Source: Octopus vulgaris
Lineage: Eukaryota
Assembly: GCA_951406725.2 (NCBI GenBank)
Contig: OX597815.1
Coordinates: 122,884,001 to 122,948,000 of the forward strand
Direction of reading: 5' to 3'
DNA: 64,000 bases
Part shown: piece by piece, positions 63,285 through 64,000 of the stretch
Layout: every line of letters begins with the position of its first letter
How positions within the stretch are numbered: the first letter of the stretch is position 1
Program-made: the position numbers and the translations under genes
The notes under the pieces: generated by a model
Told to the model about the DNA's origin: nothing
The model's input: the letters and a program-made list of their open reading frames with translations, nothing else
Databases searched by the model: none

Positions 63285-64000
63285 ACCCTCAAGTTTGAGG
63301 AACAAACACTCATAACTTTTTCTTTTTAAACTTCATTACATGAAACTGATACCATGAAATTCCTTGAATTGAGCTCTATCATTTAAGATTAATTAAAATA
63401 AAGTTTGTTTTTAAAATAAAAAAGTTAATTATACTTAAATACAATTTTTTTTTCATGATATTTTACCTCATAACATTTTTGATACAAATTTTTGTTGCAT
63501 GGGAACAAAACTATGAAATTCTTCATTGAAGCTAAGATAAATATGTTTTGCTTTTAAAATAAAAAAAAACAGTTATTTAGATCCAAACTTGATCAGTGGT
63601 ATTACTTAATCTCCTATAACGTTGCTACAAATTTTGATGTAAACTTTTTTCTACTGGATCAAATCTCGATTTTTTTTTTAATGCCAAAATGTAGCTAGGG
63701 ACCAGTCCTCTTCAAAAATGTTCACAATTTGGTTAAGAACTGAATTAGCGACAAGCTCTGAAAGATACTGACTGTGGATAAATTGCAGCCTTAATAATAT
63801 TATTCAACTACTACTGTAGTTGAATGATATATCAGTTAAAAGGATTCATTAAGAATTGAGGCACATCAAAGTGTAGAATGCCACTGATTGACTAAAAGAA
63901 TCACACAGAGCAGACAATGAAAAAATCCATTATTGTAGAATTATACAAAATTGGATACTGTTATTGGGTAATTTGCAATTCCAATTATCTGATAAATTAA

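Noticed and set aside
63285-63960. Possible DNA-transposon end interrupting the RTE
   Set aside because: No partner TIR or TSD is visible in the window, so it cannot be classified.

Overview
AT-rich, microsatellite-dense animal DNA. The SINE families and repeat landscape point to a coleoid cephalopod, most likely Octopus (inference). One host gene is clear: a CutA homolog on the minus strand. Its conserved domain is in one exon (42765-43192), and I infer two upstream exons from splice signals (53574-53639 and 54749-54822) next to a CpG-retaining promoter region at about 54.6-55.7 kb. The rest is mostly mobile-element debris: tRNA-derived SINEs; RTE, CRE, R4/Dong-like, Tx1-like and Penelope-like retroelement fragments; a decayed full-length pogo-type transposon; hAT, piggyBac, Tigger and possibly Merlin MITEs; and several long fold-back palindromes. 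The best leads are: (1) the CutA N-terminal hydrophobic extension is in frame with an AUG but cut off by a single UAA inside a small hairpin, so it may be gated by editing, readthrough or CUG initiation; (2) retroelements embedded in (TACA)n and (TAA)n microsatellites share a 5' motif set; (3) two MITEs with different ends share a TTAGGG module; (4) a sharp CpG-decay boundary near 32 kb and a candidate 12-nt microexon suggest unannotated transcription. All analysis was by eye, no database searches were run, and repeat boundaries are approximate unless TIR/TSD coordinates are given.
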